From: Trichoplax adhaerens
Lineage: Eukaryota; Animalia; Placozoa
Length of the DNA stretch: 64,000 nucleotides
Direction of reading: 5' to 3'
Assembly (NCBI RefSeq): GCF_000150275.1
Contig: NW_002060944.1
Span: 4,964,123-5,028,122, forward strand
Made by a program: the position numbers and the translations under genes
Shown here: positions 27,101 to 39,897 of the stretch, in pieces
Position numbering within the stretch: the first letter of the stretch is position 1
How the letters are laid out: each line of letters opens with the position of its first letter
The notes under the pieces: model-generated
Told to the model about the DNA's origin: nothing
The model's database searches: none
The model's input: the letters and a program-made list of their open reading frames with translations, nothing else

Positions 27101-27427
27101 GATATGAATTGCGGTATTCTCTGGGATTTGAAAGCTTACGTTCAGCTATTTATAGATATTACTCTCATTTCTATTCTTAGCTCTTGGCAGATGTATCGTA
27201 AACAGTTCAATATTATATAATGAATCACAAGCTGTATGACTAGAAAGAAATGCCTACATTAGCATAAAGTATAGAGTGAGATATTCCATTGGAGTGAATT
27301 TTTCTCTCTAACTGTATTATATTATTATTATTATTTTTAGGTTGTAGGAAAATTTCCTGTAGTGCAACATTTTGTTTTCGGTTCATTGTTATCAATAGCA
27401 AAACATGAAGTGCCTAGGCGTGTATGA
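24144..27427 (+). CDS. PTPA: Serine/threonine-protein phosphatase 2A activator (PTPA/PPP2R4), about 11 exons
   Basis: [111 protein letters not shown]. Confidence 0.97.
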
Positions 27428-28976
27428 TATTTCTTTCTTCGATGAGTCCCCCATGTAATAAAAGCAAATTACTGCATATTAAGGATACATTGGTGATTTA
27501 TGCCAACGGATTTCAATTGCGTCATCTCTTAATAAAATCACTAATAAACAAACTACCTATCAAGGCGCTCACTACCTAGTTTAGCCTATATCGTCCTTGT
27601 ATGGGAGTGAGACAAAAACGAAATTGAAACTGTGTAATACGACCTCGATATTAATCTGTTATATTATTATGCTATCAGAATAGATTACAGTAAAAAGTGG
27701 CAAACGTTCTTCATTTTGCCCAAAAAAGGAACAGACATGAAGCAGTAGTCTAATTTATTTAAATAAGTTTGTAGTGTTTTGTATTAATATTAAGTATGAG
27801 TTTCTAATTCAGTTTCCTTAACTCTGTATAACGTAATCCAAAACATTTACCCCTTGTCTGAAATAATTCTTTTATTGTACAATAAATTATAAATTAGTTG
27901 ACAATTCGTTTGCTTTACGTCGGAATAATGTTTTTTCCAATTTTTTGGCACAAAAAATAACATTCTTTAATAAGTCATCGTCATATAATAATAACAAATT
28001 GCAGCTATACAGTATACAATACTTTAATACAAAGTATTGATATAAATTTCTTCATTCAAGAGCTTTGATGAAAGTTGACATTACCTATTGAAGAATAAGT
28101 AGTGAGCAACTTCAATCTATTAACAAACGCGTTAATAGATCATTTTTTTTACAATATCATACAAATACCTTGCTCTAATTTATAGCTAGCATGAGTAGAA
28201 ACTGTATAGTACAGATAGAAACAAAAAAGCAGGCAAATATATAATGTATATCAAATAAAATGGTTCATTTTGCACCGTTACGGTCAAATATTTCGTTCTA
28301 GAAGAATTGAAAATGTTTTCTGTAGCAAAGGTTTTAAATCAGTGTTGATATAATAGATATTGAGGAGTATTACTACATTTAGTCTACATTCAATGACATG
28401 GTATACGAATATTTAGTATTAAAGTATTGACTAATTTAATGGATTGTTTAATATAATAATTTATTGCCAACTAAGTACGATATATTAAGTTAAGATTGTT
28501 TCTTTCAATACAGAAAATTACTGTATCAACATAGTTTTTATCCTGCTTCATAAATAGCATAGTAATACCTAATGTAGGATATAGACTGCTCACAGAGCAG
28601 TCTTGACCAATTGAAATTATTAACAGTTTGCTACCGGTGCAGAGTGTTTTTTGATATTGATGATATTTGATAGTATCATGGTATAACCAAACAATGCTTG
28701 CAACATTGCTGCTTAGCGGACAGGACGAAGTGAAGCGCGTGTCATTTTAGATCATTTCTTCAGTCCTCCTCTAAGCTAACTTCAAATCTTGTGTCGGCAA
28801 CAAAACAATATACTATGAAATCTATTGCTGTATTAGCTAGTATTTTTTATGTCAGTCATTGCTCAATGGAAATGTTGAGTAGGAAGTTCTTTCTATCGTT
28901 GAAGTAATTCTTTATCCAACTAGGTTAATTGATGTAAAATAAAAAAAAAACTAGTGAAGATAGAGTCTATGTTGCT

Positions 28977-29576
28977 TTAGAAAACTTTAATACGCTTTGT
29001 GGGTGAGCATAAATCCATGAGTGAATTTTCATCTTTTTCATCTTCTTCCCGATAGTACTCCAATTCAGTAATTTCAACAGAATCACCGGGAACAACTTGA
29101 TCTTTATTAACAATGAGTAACTTTCTTTTTTGACCGTTGCAATGGTCATCATCTCTTAATTTCGGCTGATGGGATGGATTGGCATCATTGTGATGGATAT
29201 CATCACTCCTTTGAGAGTCTTTCTCTAGTATCAATTTGCTGTCGTCCGCTACGCTTTCACAATCCATCGACACTGTGGATAAATCTTCCATTCCTTGTTG
29301 GGATTGTTGACAAACAGCATCATTTTGGCTTTCATCGTAATCGTTTGCATGGGCCACTATCGCATTTTGACATGAATTTTTGTTGTCATCATTTCCGATT
29401 ATCATTTCGTCACTTTCACTGCATGGTGTCGTAGCACAGTATCTCGCCCGATCTAAGATGGAACTTAATAATAACGTCCGTCTCAATTCGCAACCTTTAC
29501 GGCTTTGTAAATTCTTGGCAATTTTAACCAGTGAAAGATGTATCAAATGATTTACATTAACGTCCGACATGATCAA
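28977..29576 (-). CDS. Intronless immediate-early-response (IER2/IER5/IER5L-family, SERTA-like N-terminus) protein
   Basis: N-terminus VNHLIHLSLVKIAKNLQSRKGCELRRTLLLSSILDRAR aligns by eye with the IER domain ([38 protein letters not shown]). It is followed by an acidic disordered tail with KRK and KRIK NLS-like motifs. Confidence 0.8.
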   Translation of the reverse strand: MIMSDVNVNHLIHLSLVKIAKNLQSRKGCELRRTLLLSSILDRARYCATTPCSESDEMIIGNDDNKNSCQNAIVAHANDYDESQNDAVCQQSQQGMEDLSTVSMDCESVADDSKLILEKDSQRSDDIHHNDANPSHQPKLRDDDHCNGQKRKLLIVNKDQVVPGDSVEITELEYYREEDEKDENSLMDLCSPTKRIKVF

Positions 29577-29933
29577 TGTGTATGCTAGAAATCAATGACG
29601 CATAGGATTGATTTGGGCCGGGGGGGGATGCTTGAACTAAACAAGTAATGTATGAATTGAGAGAAGTCCTGTTGGATTGAAATACAATATTGGAGGAATA
29701 CAACACGAGTTTAGTAGTGCAAAAACAAGACGATGATGGGAGTCGATAGAATGATTGGAAATTTTCCTCGTTGGCAAGCCACAACACGACACAAACTCGA
29801 ATGGCAATCTAGTGACAAGCGTACCCAAGTTGACGTATGGCGGTTACCCAATCAATGAACACCAACGCGCCAATTGTACCGTCGTCCTCTGCTGACGGAA
29901 TCCGCGAACTGTGCACCGACTGGCAAGCTCTTT

Positions 29934-31330
29934 CTTTTATATGCCACGATACGGTACAATACGCGCGTATCGTACAGTTCGTGTCTTGGGTACGCTGAAT
30001 GGCTTGAACAATAAGCAAATGTCAATGTCAGCCGCAACGTCAACCTAGCCAGCTAAAAATAGCACATGGAGAACTGTACCATTACTACAGGAGGTGTTGA
30101 AACGTGTTGTGTTTACCTTTTGTTGTACTCTACGCTACAGTACAGTTAGTCGATGGTCAGGGACTACTTCCACGTTGGCATAGTGACGCAACATGACTGC
30201 TATTGTGTCTGATCCACCGTAGCGCCGTTGGATGACATACAGTATAAAGTACTGTACACTGTAGACGGGTTGACAAGTTGAGGCATGTTTTGCAAGTGAA
30301 GCTACAGTACAATACAAGAACCTGTACAGTACTGTACGGACAGCGTCGTACCTGTACGGTACGGTACCGCCAAATGCCTTTTGGGCTGATTATCTCCATA
30401 TATGGCGACGAGTAGGGGAGTAAATGGCCGCTCAACGTTGAAAACGTCGCGGGAACGTCAGAACGTTCAATGACTCTACAGTACGTTGAATACGGCAAAG
30501 AAAGAAAGGAAATCCTACACTGACTCATGTGATGCATGTCCATCCTAATTTACAGTACAGTATACAGTACAATACTTGCAGATTGATGTATCATCGATAT
30601 CACTACTTCCGCACTGTAGCATTATTGTTGACAACAGCCTCTACTGACATGGACAGACTCCATTGCCAAAATAATGGCTGTAAAAGCTCAACGAGTGCAA
30701 TAATATTAGTTTAAATCAAAAATATATTCTCCAAATATGGACAATCTACAGTACAGTATTCTTCATTTCCCAAACAGAGTACTGTACATTACAGTACACT
30801 GCACTGTAGATTTGCTTACTCAGCCAATTTCTTCACTTTGACTTACAGTATTGCTGGTCCTAGCCCCTGACTGGCTGCTTTGGCGATGGGCGGTTACGTC
30901 ACACCCATGATGACGTAATCGCTCGGCCTTGCCCATCTAGACTACGGTAGTCCTGTTACTGGTGGTACAGTAGTAGTACTTACACTACTCAACTTGTACT
31001 AGTAGACTAACTCGCTTTTCACCATGCCATTTTTCAGCAAAAGAAATCCCTGCTTCTGCGCAGAAATCATTCAAGGGTAATCAACCCAATCCTGTACTGT
31101 ACTGTCTGTACAGTGTACAGTACACAATCTGTACAGTGTACAGTACATAATCTGTAGTTGTACTGTACTGTACAGGCTCACTCGAGTACAGTACAGTACA
31201 CAATCTGTACAGGCTCACTCGAAAGCAACTCCAACTTCCATTGACGAATGACAGCTCGAGCATGAGTCATAACTCATGACATGATTCAACCATCATGAGT
31301 CATCTTTCCGAACTTCAACTACTTGCGCAA
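29934..31330 (-). promoter_or_regulatory. Promoter/enhancer of the IER-family gene: TATA, CArG, CRE-like, AP-1 and C/EBP sites
   Basis: TATAAAAG on minus at 29934-41; CArG CCATATATGG 30396-405 and CCAAATATGG 30731-40; TGACGCAA 30184; TTACGTCA 30894; TGACGTAA 30911; TGA(C/G)TCA at 30521, 31263 and 31296; TTGCGCAA 31323. Confidence 0.65.
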
Positions 31331-34300
31331 TGACGGCCGTCAGCTTGGCCATGGAAGACCAAAGTCTTTCTTCTAGTAGTCCAGGACTTGGCATATTTCC
31401 CCATGCTTTCCCTATATAGTTCGTATATGATGCCTATATAATGTATCTATCTACCCATGCACGATCCATTTTTCCCTCATTTTCTCACCTATACTTTCAT
31501 TCTACGACCGTAGTACAAGCACTGTAGTGGATTACTGGCGTTAAAATAATAATCAGTAACATCATTCAACACCTCTACTGTACTTACTGTACTACTGTCG
31601 TGTGGAAGCCATGCTATACTAATCATACGTCATCCTCAACAATACTCTACTTGTACACTGAATGACTGAATCATTCTGAATGGCCCATTATGGAAATAGG
31701 ACTCTGATTTACGCACAGATTGTATTGGAATGGAAGGATTTCCCAAAAGGAGTAGATGGGGTTACAGAAGGATGGAAGATGGATTCTTTCGTCCATAGCG
31801 ACAGTGGGGGGCCAACGTCACTCATTTCCACAAATTCTCGACTGATCTATACTGTACATTAAGCCGAGTGTATATTCTGTGGGGATGGTGGATTCCTTGA
31901 AGGTTAAGCGGCATTTCTTCTAGCTATATAATATACGCAAACATTCACTTACTCCAATTTCATGAACAGCAGCATGATATCAGCACATACACGTAGTCTA
32001 TTGTAGATTGCAAATTGACTCAAAATGATTCAATTTCTGAAACTTGATAAAATTACATTTGACCACATGCTGGCCCACGGTGACCGCTCTCTACTGTACC
32101 TTTAGCTCAATTCGTTTATCAAGTAGAATATCTTGGTCCTACATTGCCATAAGCTAGTATGATGAATACAATGGAAAGAAGATTCATCATCTTGGACTTG
32201 TATTTATTCCATTTCTCCAATAGCAACCAAATAAGATCATGACGGTATGCGTCTATTCAACGATGACATCATACCACTCAGCTACCAATTGAAAACGCGG
32301 TATCGTCTCAATTTCGTGCATAGGTTATTTCTCCATCGTCTTCATCAATGCCTTTATTGATTTCGTCGTATACTGTAGAAGAAGGTGAATTGAGTGATAT
32401 GATAGGATGATACTGCATTGCATGATGGAATCAATCAAGGTAACACATTGAGTATGAAGAAGATAGAAACATGACAGGGGTAATTCATAACTTATGCTGG
32501 CAAGTTACAATAAATCACGGATGGGCAATACCGGAAACACATCATAGCACTTTCTCCTAACTTACTCTACAGGATATTGCAAATCTATTTCCATACAACC
32601 TTAATTAAACAGCGGTAGAAATGGACACGCTCAACTAATGTTATTCATTGCCTAATGGTAACATCTAAAGGAATGATAATTAGCAACCTAGTATGGAGCA
32701 ATATTCCAAATCTAAACAATCTTTTTGACAGTCAAAACCTCAACACAAGTGCAGTCTCGTTCCAATGTTAGATTATCTAAGTAGAAGCAAACGTTGGCAA
32801 CAATGTAAGGCCGATATCAAACTATTCCAAAGTAAAATATTTCTTTACAGACTCGTTAATAGAAAAAAAAAGTAGTTTACGAGCAACGGCATCCGATTAA
32901 GAAATCATTCTATGAGGGGAATTCTACACTATACCATTTTCAAGTCAGTATCTACATCAAATGTTATACCGCATCGTAGAATAATTTTCAATATTACGAC
33001 ATGTACCGTAATTATTTTCCGCGGTATATTCAGGCCTAGCATGTGTTTAAAGAGCGCTGAAACAGGTAAAATCATTACATTTGACCTCATAATCCAAAAA
33101 ATAGCCTAAAAATTGACAGCATTTGTAAATAATTACACATAATAACTTATAGCAAATCCAAAGCGCTGAATGTTCATACCATAGAGATAAATAAAAATGG
33201 ACCTGAGTTGCTTCTATGATTCACGTAGAATGTTGTAATATCTTAAATAAAAACGAGCGCAATACCATTCATTTCCGCCATATTTCCTACACAAAATGCT
33301 GTTGTACTCTTAAGGTTACAAATTTTCCAAGCGATTTTATTTTATGGTACCGTTAGGATGCAAGCATAGGCAGTTATTGAGGGCCAACGTCGATTTACCC
33401 GATAGCAAAGTGATATTGGTGTACAAATATTTAACAGAAAAAAAGTTGCATCTCGTAGCACTTCATCACCAACGTTATATAAAGTCAATTCTGTACTGTA
33501 GTATAGCATTCCTTAGTCTGCAACATATATTCGAAATCTTTACATGACCTCGTAAAATAATACCAGTATATTTTAAGTAATTTCTTATTACCTAACGGTA
33601 GCGGAAATTAGCAAATAATTTACGCCGAGTTTGTTTATTGCAATACAATAGGAGTAAATAATAACAATCGAAAATGATGATTAATCTCAAAGTCCAGTAT
33701 GCCATAATATCCTAAATGAAGACAATTTTATCACACTTGCAATAAACTTGGGATTATAAATTTTCCTATCGACAAGAAAATGGTTTTCTTTTCGGGAAAT
33801 TTATATTGTTACTGCTTTACCCTAGCGTTAAGGTGCAAACACCGCCGGTAAATTAAGCCAATACTTCTAGATAAAACATAACATATACATACACAAAAAG
33901 TAAACGCTATAAATAACTTTTACATTACCTCACAGCCCTAATAACAACAACGACTAGAATTGATAGCAAATTGTTTCAAGCTCATTCTTTGTGAATGAGG
34001 TTCACATTATTAATATCGCAAAATTATCAGTAAGGTGCTGGGCAATGAGCTAGACAATAATAATTGCAATAGAATCAAACGGGATGATGAAGCATCTACT
34101 GCTAGCAGTATGGCATAATATCTCCTCCCCCAAAAGACAATCTACCCGCAATTAAATATTAAGTGCACAGTACGCTATGATATCACATATTTAAAAATTA
34201 GGACTGCCGTACTCCGTTAACCTACTCGTAATTGTATTACTCATCCGAATCAAGGGCCACTAGATACTTTATATTATATCGTATGGGGCCATAATGGGGC

Positions 34301-35629
34301 TACTGTTGCATAGAGATACACTCGGCACTGTACTTGTAGAATATCTTTTACATGAAATAATACGACTCGTTGCTTTCCCTTGCTATCATAGGACACTGAA
34401 TGTTCATTTTATATCATCTAATAACTCAAGCAAAGACAGAAATTCGCATTAGATAAAATCAATCGGTGCTAATCCATGTAAAGTTATATTGATCAATGAT
34501 AACAATCTAATAGTCATGATTAAGTATGCCGTACTTGATAATGTCTGAAATAAAAATAATCTAAAATCAATTTCAATACCACCAATTTTCCCATATTGAG
34601 CTACAAATTTTCTCTGGTTATAAGCCTTAACAAAGTAAAACTGATTCTATTTTACTGGTATGGTAAGATATTAATACTGGTGGCAACTTTTTATGGGTAA
34701 TATCGATGTCGCATGTGATAATGACCTTAAATGGCGATAATTCAAAATCAGTAAGTTATATTACCACCATCTTTTGGTACATCTAGTTGCAATATCCTGT
34801 TGATCACAGCTTTAACAATATGAAATTGATTTTATTTTACTGTGATATTGCGATGCAAACGCTAGTGGCAAAAAAAAACACTTTGTAAGGTTAGTACAAA
34901 TTCGTCCCATCAAAAATTAACATTTATGACTAGAAAATGACTGAAAAATAACTTTTCTTATACAACAGCTTAAGCTTGCATAGCACCCAAATCACCCAAA
35001 CTAACAAGGATCAACTTCAATTTATATGAGATCGATTCTATTTTCAATGACATTTTATTAAACCAGTTTGCTTTCTAGTTATCACGCTATTAGCTTATCG
35101 ATTAACTTTTCTATGTCTCATCAATCTTCAAGTCATTAGAAGTTCTAATTTACTACATAATAGCCTGTAGATTAATACAAGCCGTTAAATGCGTCAATTG
35201 TGTTAAAATATTAAACTTAATCATAGGATGTTGTTAAAAAGGGCTAATAAATTAAACTGATCAAGCTATGAATTCACATAGGAGCGAATGAGAATTAACA
35301 TTTGGCTAAAATGACTTTGATATAATGTCATTTCTGCAATCCTACTACACTCTAATACTATACAGTATAAGAAATATATAATGTAATCAATCTTACGATT
35401 CTGTGATATAGCAGCAGTCAAAGATACATTTAATTGGCATATTCCACTTAAGATATTTTGTGTAATGTTAAAACAAGCTCGCAGTACGATGGTGTAAATG
35501 GACATTGTTTAGAGTAGAAATGCCCTTTCTTAGATTATATGAAGTAACCAAAATTAAACTTTCATCATATCTTCAGAGAAAAATGTCTACCAATAAATTT
35601 ATGCGCTGTACTGTATTATTCAATCATTT

Positions 35630-37890
35630 TCAAGACTGTAATAAATCCAAGATAGATCTCATTATGGTTAAAGACGTTTCCTGGTATCGCCTTTCATCTT
35701 GATATCTCGTCTCTTCCCTCATTTGACGATAATTTTGAAGTTCAATTTCAAACTTCAACCTTCTTTCTTCTTGCTCATAGAACTTACCTTGTATTTGCAC
35801 TATTTCATGAAGATATTCCCCATACAGATTAATAGATTCATCCCTGAATGCTTCCTGGAAGGCATTCCTGTCTGTAAGAAGAATGACAGTATATACTTTG
35901 AGACATTTCTTATGTCATAATCATTGATACCTACTACTACAATTTGCAAGTAGCTAATATTGTATAAACTTTGCGTAATGATTTTCATTTCAAAGCTTTT
36001 CTTATTAATATATTATAGTCTTGGGAAATAATAAACGACTAACTTCATAATCGTATATATCTTTATACAGACCTGCTGAGTAGCTTTCTTCCGGCATAAA
36101 GTTTTTTGTTGTCGTTGTTATTCGTTGTGTAGATGTTGGAGATGTTTCAGAGCATAAATCGCGGTTTAGATGACTATAGTTCATTTTTTCATTAGCAATG
36201 TAGCATTCTTGTTGGATATCATCTGTATCCTCTTGAATATCCAAGATAATATGACTTAAAAACTACCTATGAGGGACTAATTTTACATAGTGTTATCCCT
36301 ACAAGAGTTAGCTTTCATTATATTTTATTTTCAGGTAGCAATCTAAATTGTTTTATAATTGTAGATACTTCTTAACTGTTCTTAACGTCTATTAGCTATT
36401 CTACTTATGATACTACAATCATAATTCAGCATTTCTATCGCTAACCTATTTGTTCCGTAAGTATTGGAATTTCATATTCTTGATTATTGAAAACGGTTGT
36501 TGGTGAATCTTGGAAAGAATCTTTTAGCATCTCCCGCTCATTTTCCAAAGTATGGTCATTCTCTTGTTGTAAATTTGTTGAATTTGTGCATCGAAAACTG
36601 CTAAAGCTTGATTTTGAAGAATCACCAATAAATTCATGAATCGAATTTGAATCACTCGTAGAGTTGTTAACTTCTTTTAGCAAATTTGTAGAATTTTCAT
36701 ATTCTAAAAGATTTAATGCTATCCTCTGTTTGGTGTTTGTCGTTAAATCGTTGGCCATCGATACTGTCTCAACTGGTAAACTTTCGGAAGAGTCTACTCC
36801 CTTTCGCTTAGTACTACGTTTTCTCAATACCATAGAAGATCTTACTGTAGTTGGAGATGATTTCTTTCCAGTTTTAGAGAGAATTTGTAAAGGTCTTGTT
36901 AAATTTTTCCGTAATGGTGTTGGTCCCATCAGCCTATCCAATTCTTAGAAATATTTGCAATATGTAACCAGACTGTCGCTTCGTTCTATGTATTACACAC
37001 AATTAACGTATTAATATCTCGTATAGGAAATATTATGAACATTTAAACAACCGTATGAGGTAATTTCCTATATCGTGAACCTCTGCTGTCAACGCAATTT
37101 AACTACCTTATTATTACATTCCGAATGTTGATAATCTTAGCACAAATGACCTATGTTTAATCTCACGGTCATAAATCAATCGAAGTAAAAGATTTTCTTG
37201 ATACCTCTGGTATAATTCAGTACAATATCGTTTGTAATCAATCACCTAAAAGTTTTCCGATTGGCTGCTTATATCGGAATGCGGCTTCCGAATACCGTTC
37301 TGTTAATATACCTTTGTCGTAGTCCTGCAATAATGAATTCATGAACTAAAGCATTATGCATAGACGTAGCCAGTTTAGCTTATACTTTTCATAACCCCAT
37401 ACGTTAATAAGTTTCCGCACGACTTCAGTTAACTCGGGGCATTAGCTCGGTTATTTACTTTTAAATCCATTATCAAAATAAGTGAGATAGGTAAATTTAT
37501 AAAGTCAATTAAACGGTATGTGCAAACAAGCAAAAACTGGGCCGAAATGATCATTGAAATTATTCTTTCGAATTTATGAATATTTGAGATGCGATAACTT
37601 GTATCTTTCATTAATTAATAGCCTATGAAAGACGAGAATCTGGAGGATTCTGCTGATGTATAACGGAAAATAATGTGAAAAGAAAAAAGATGCTGCTATA
37701 TATATTAAGTTGCATAATAGCTAAATCGTTATTTAAAGTAGTGTGACAACATTCACATTATCTCGTATATTAGCTTGCACAGTACTGTATTGGCTTTAGC
37801 GCTTGCTGTAATTTGATTTGTAAGTGGCAATCGCTATATAAGATTCGAATCTCAATTTTAAAATCAACTTACTTTTCCAATGTAAGACAT
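35630..37890 (-). CDS. Uncharacterised multi-exon protein with S/T-rich disordered middle and C-terminal coiled coil (exons about 37890-37873?, 37324-37246, 36943-36446, 36231-36073, 35871-35630)
   Basis: Phase-compatible GT-AG exons give ...KLLELDRLMGPTPLRKN...DRNAFQEAFRDESINLYGEYLHEIVQIQGKFYEQEERRLKFEIELQNYRQMREETRYQDERRYQETSLTIMRSILDLLQS*. The start exon is uncertain. Confidence 0.6.
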
Positions 37891-39897
37891 AACGTTATTA
37901 TCTAATTTAGTATAATACATATGCATGAATACGCATATTATTGCATACTAGTTTTTAGCTACTGTTTACCTTACTAAAGATATGGCCTTTAAAATACTAT
38001 TGCTAACCGTAAACGAAAAGAAGTATTAAATTAATGAGGTCTCGGACTCACGGCACTGCTATCTGTCGGGTTCTCGCATAAGCAGGTCAGTCTGAATATC
38101 GAACTGTTTGTCTATTTCTCTACTAATTACTCGTATAGCAGTTTCTCGGTAATCGGCGATTAACATGCAGTATATCTTGCCTAAAACTATAGGCGTGAAA
38201 GCAATTTACACTAAGAGGAATCATTTAAGGATTGCATGCCCTAATTAGGATTTTCTTCTCTAATTACGTAGATTTTGTGAAATTGCTCATAGTGCTTTGC
38301 ACCGTAATAGTTAACCTTCATGCTATAATTTAACCCCATTATGCTAGGGCTTTTTCGTAGTCAATCATTATCGTATACGGTATGAGCTAATGAACACTGC
38401 TTACGTATGACCGTATGAACATATAAGAAAGATGAGTTAATTTGACGGTTAACCTTATTATCATGTTTTATTCCATGAGATGAAACCTTACAGTTCCAGT
38501 GATACTTTCTGTAACCCTATGTTTGCAATTTACTAAAATCATGCAAAAGAGCTAATTAGAATAAAAACATTTGAAGAATGTAGATTTGTCGCACAAACGC
38601 CATTTTTGGCTCACAAGCAGTGAAGGATAAGAATGACTTAAAAACACTACAATTTTATATGATTATAATTATTTATAATCTTTAATTTGGAAGATAATAT
38701 TCAATCCAGTCAGATTATTATAAAGCCAATCGAAATGCTGAAATTTAGTATGGCAACATTTATTGGTTTAACGTTTTAATAAGTGAAAAATTTGTAATTG
38801 AACTTGTGCTTAATTATGATTAATAAGAAGGGAATTCACTATCTTCAACATATATTACTGTTGCCAATCATTATTATAAGGGAATATTATTTTAGCACGG
38901 CTACATTCCATTAAAAACTGCTTACATGACAATACTTATTTTACCCAAAATACTAACATCATCAAAGAGCTACTTTAAAACAGTTATTCCTATAGTTACG
39001 ATAGGTCACCAGTAAACAACTTAATTAACAGATAGAAGCTAATTCATAATTATAAGACTAACTATACGAGCGCATTAAATGATATACCACTCAATTACGC
39101 AAAAAACACACCGAAGCAAATTATTTAAGAGATTAAACAGCAAAGGGGAAGATTAGCGTGAAATCTATCTGTTTGTTACTGGTTAGATTAACGGACTAGT
39201 ATTCCAAATAAGAATCTATTAAAGTGCTTCACTAAGTTATCCTTTCTGCCCAAGCCAAAACAACATCCTAACAGAAAAGAAACGGTAAATATTTTCAGGT
39301 AATTTTAAAGGATATTAGGAACTTATACAGTACGTTATCATACATTAATGAACAGATCAATTGAAAATCTATGTTTAAAAATAAATTTACTTTGGAGTAA
39401 AATCGTAAAGAATACGCCTGTTACGTATTACATGTTTTAGTATTAAAAGAGGTCGTAAAATATGACTGCCATTGGATTAAATGATACCGCTTCTTGCGAT
39501 TAAAATCAATTTAGTAAACCTCTAAAACTCCAGATACAGTATTGTAACAAGGGACACCTACAACAGCAGTCATGACATAAAAATTGCACAGTCCTGTAAC
39601 GTAACTTAGTATTGGATTGTAGATTATTAGCCATTTTCAGTATGAAATACGGTATAGTAGCTTTCAACACTTATCATAAGCCTTTTTTAGTAGCCTGTAG
39701 CCATAGATTGTAATTGAAGATTCTATGTTAGAATACAGGTGACTATATGCTGTACTGTACAGTAGGGTGTTAGGTCACTATAGATTCTAGAGACAAAAAT
39801 AGATATGTAACTCATATACTAGGATATGGTTGGTTCATCGTACTTTGGCTGGTAAAAATAATGTCTACGTAAATACTGCAGCAGTTACCATATTAGA

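Noticed and set aside
31400-35500. Possible gene or transposon in the long intergenic stretch
   Set aside because: No coherent exon chain, terminal repeats or transposase motifs visible.
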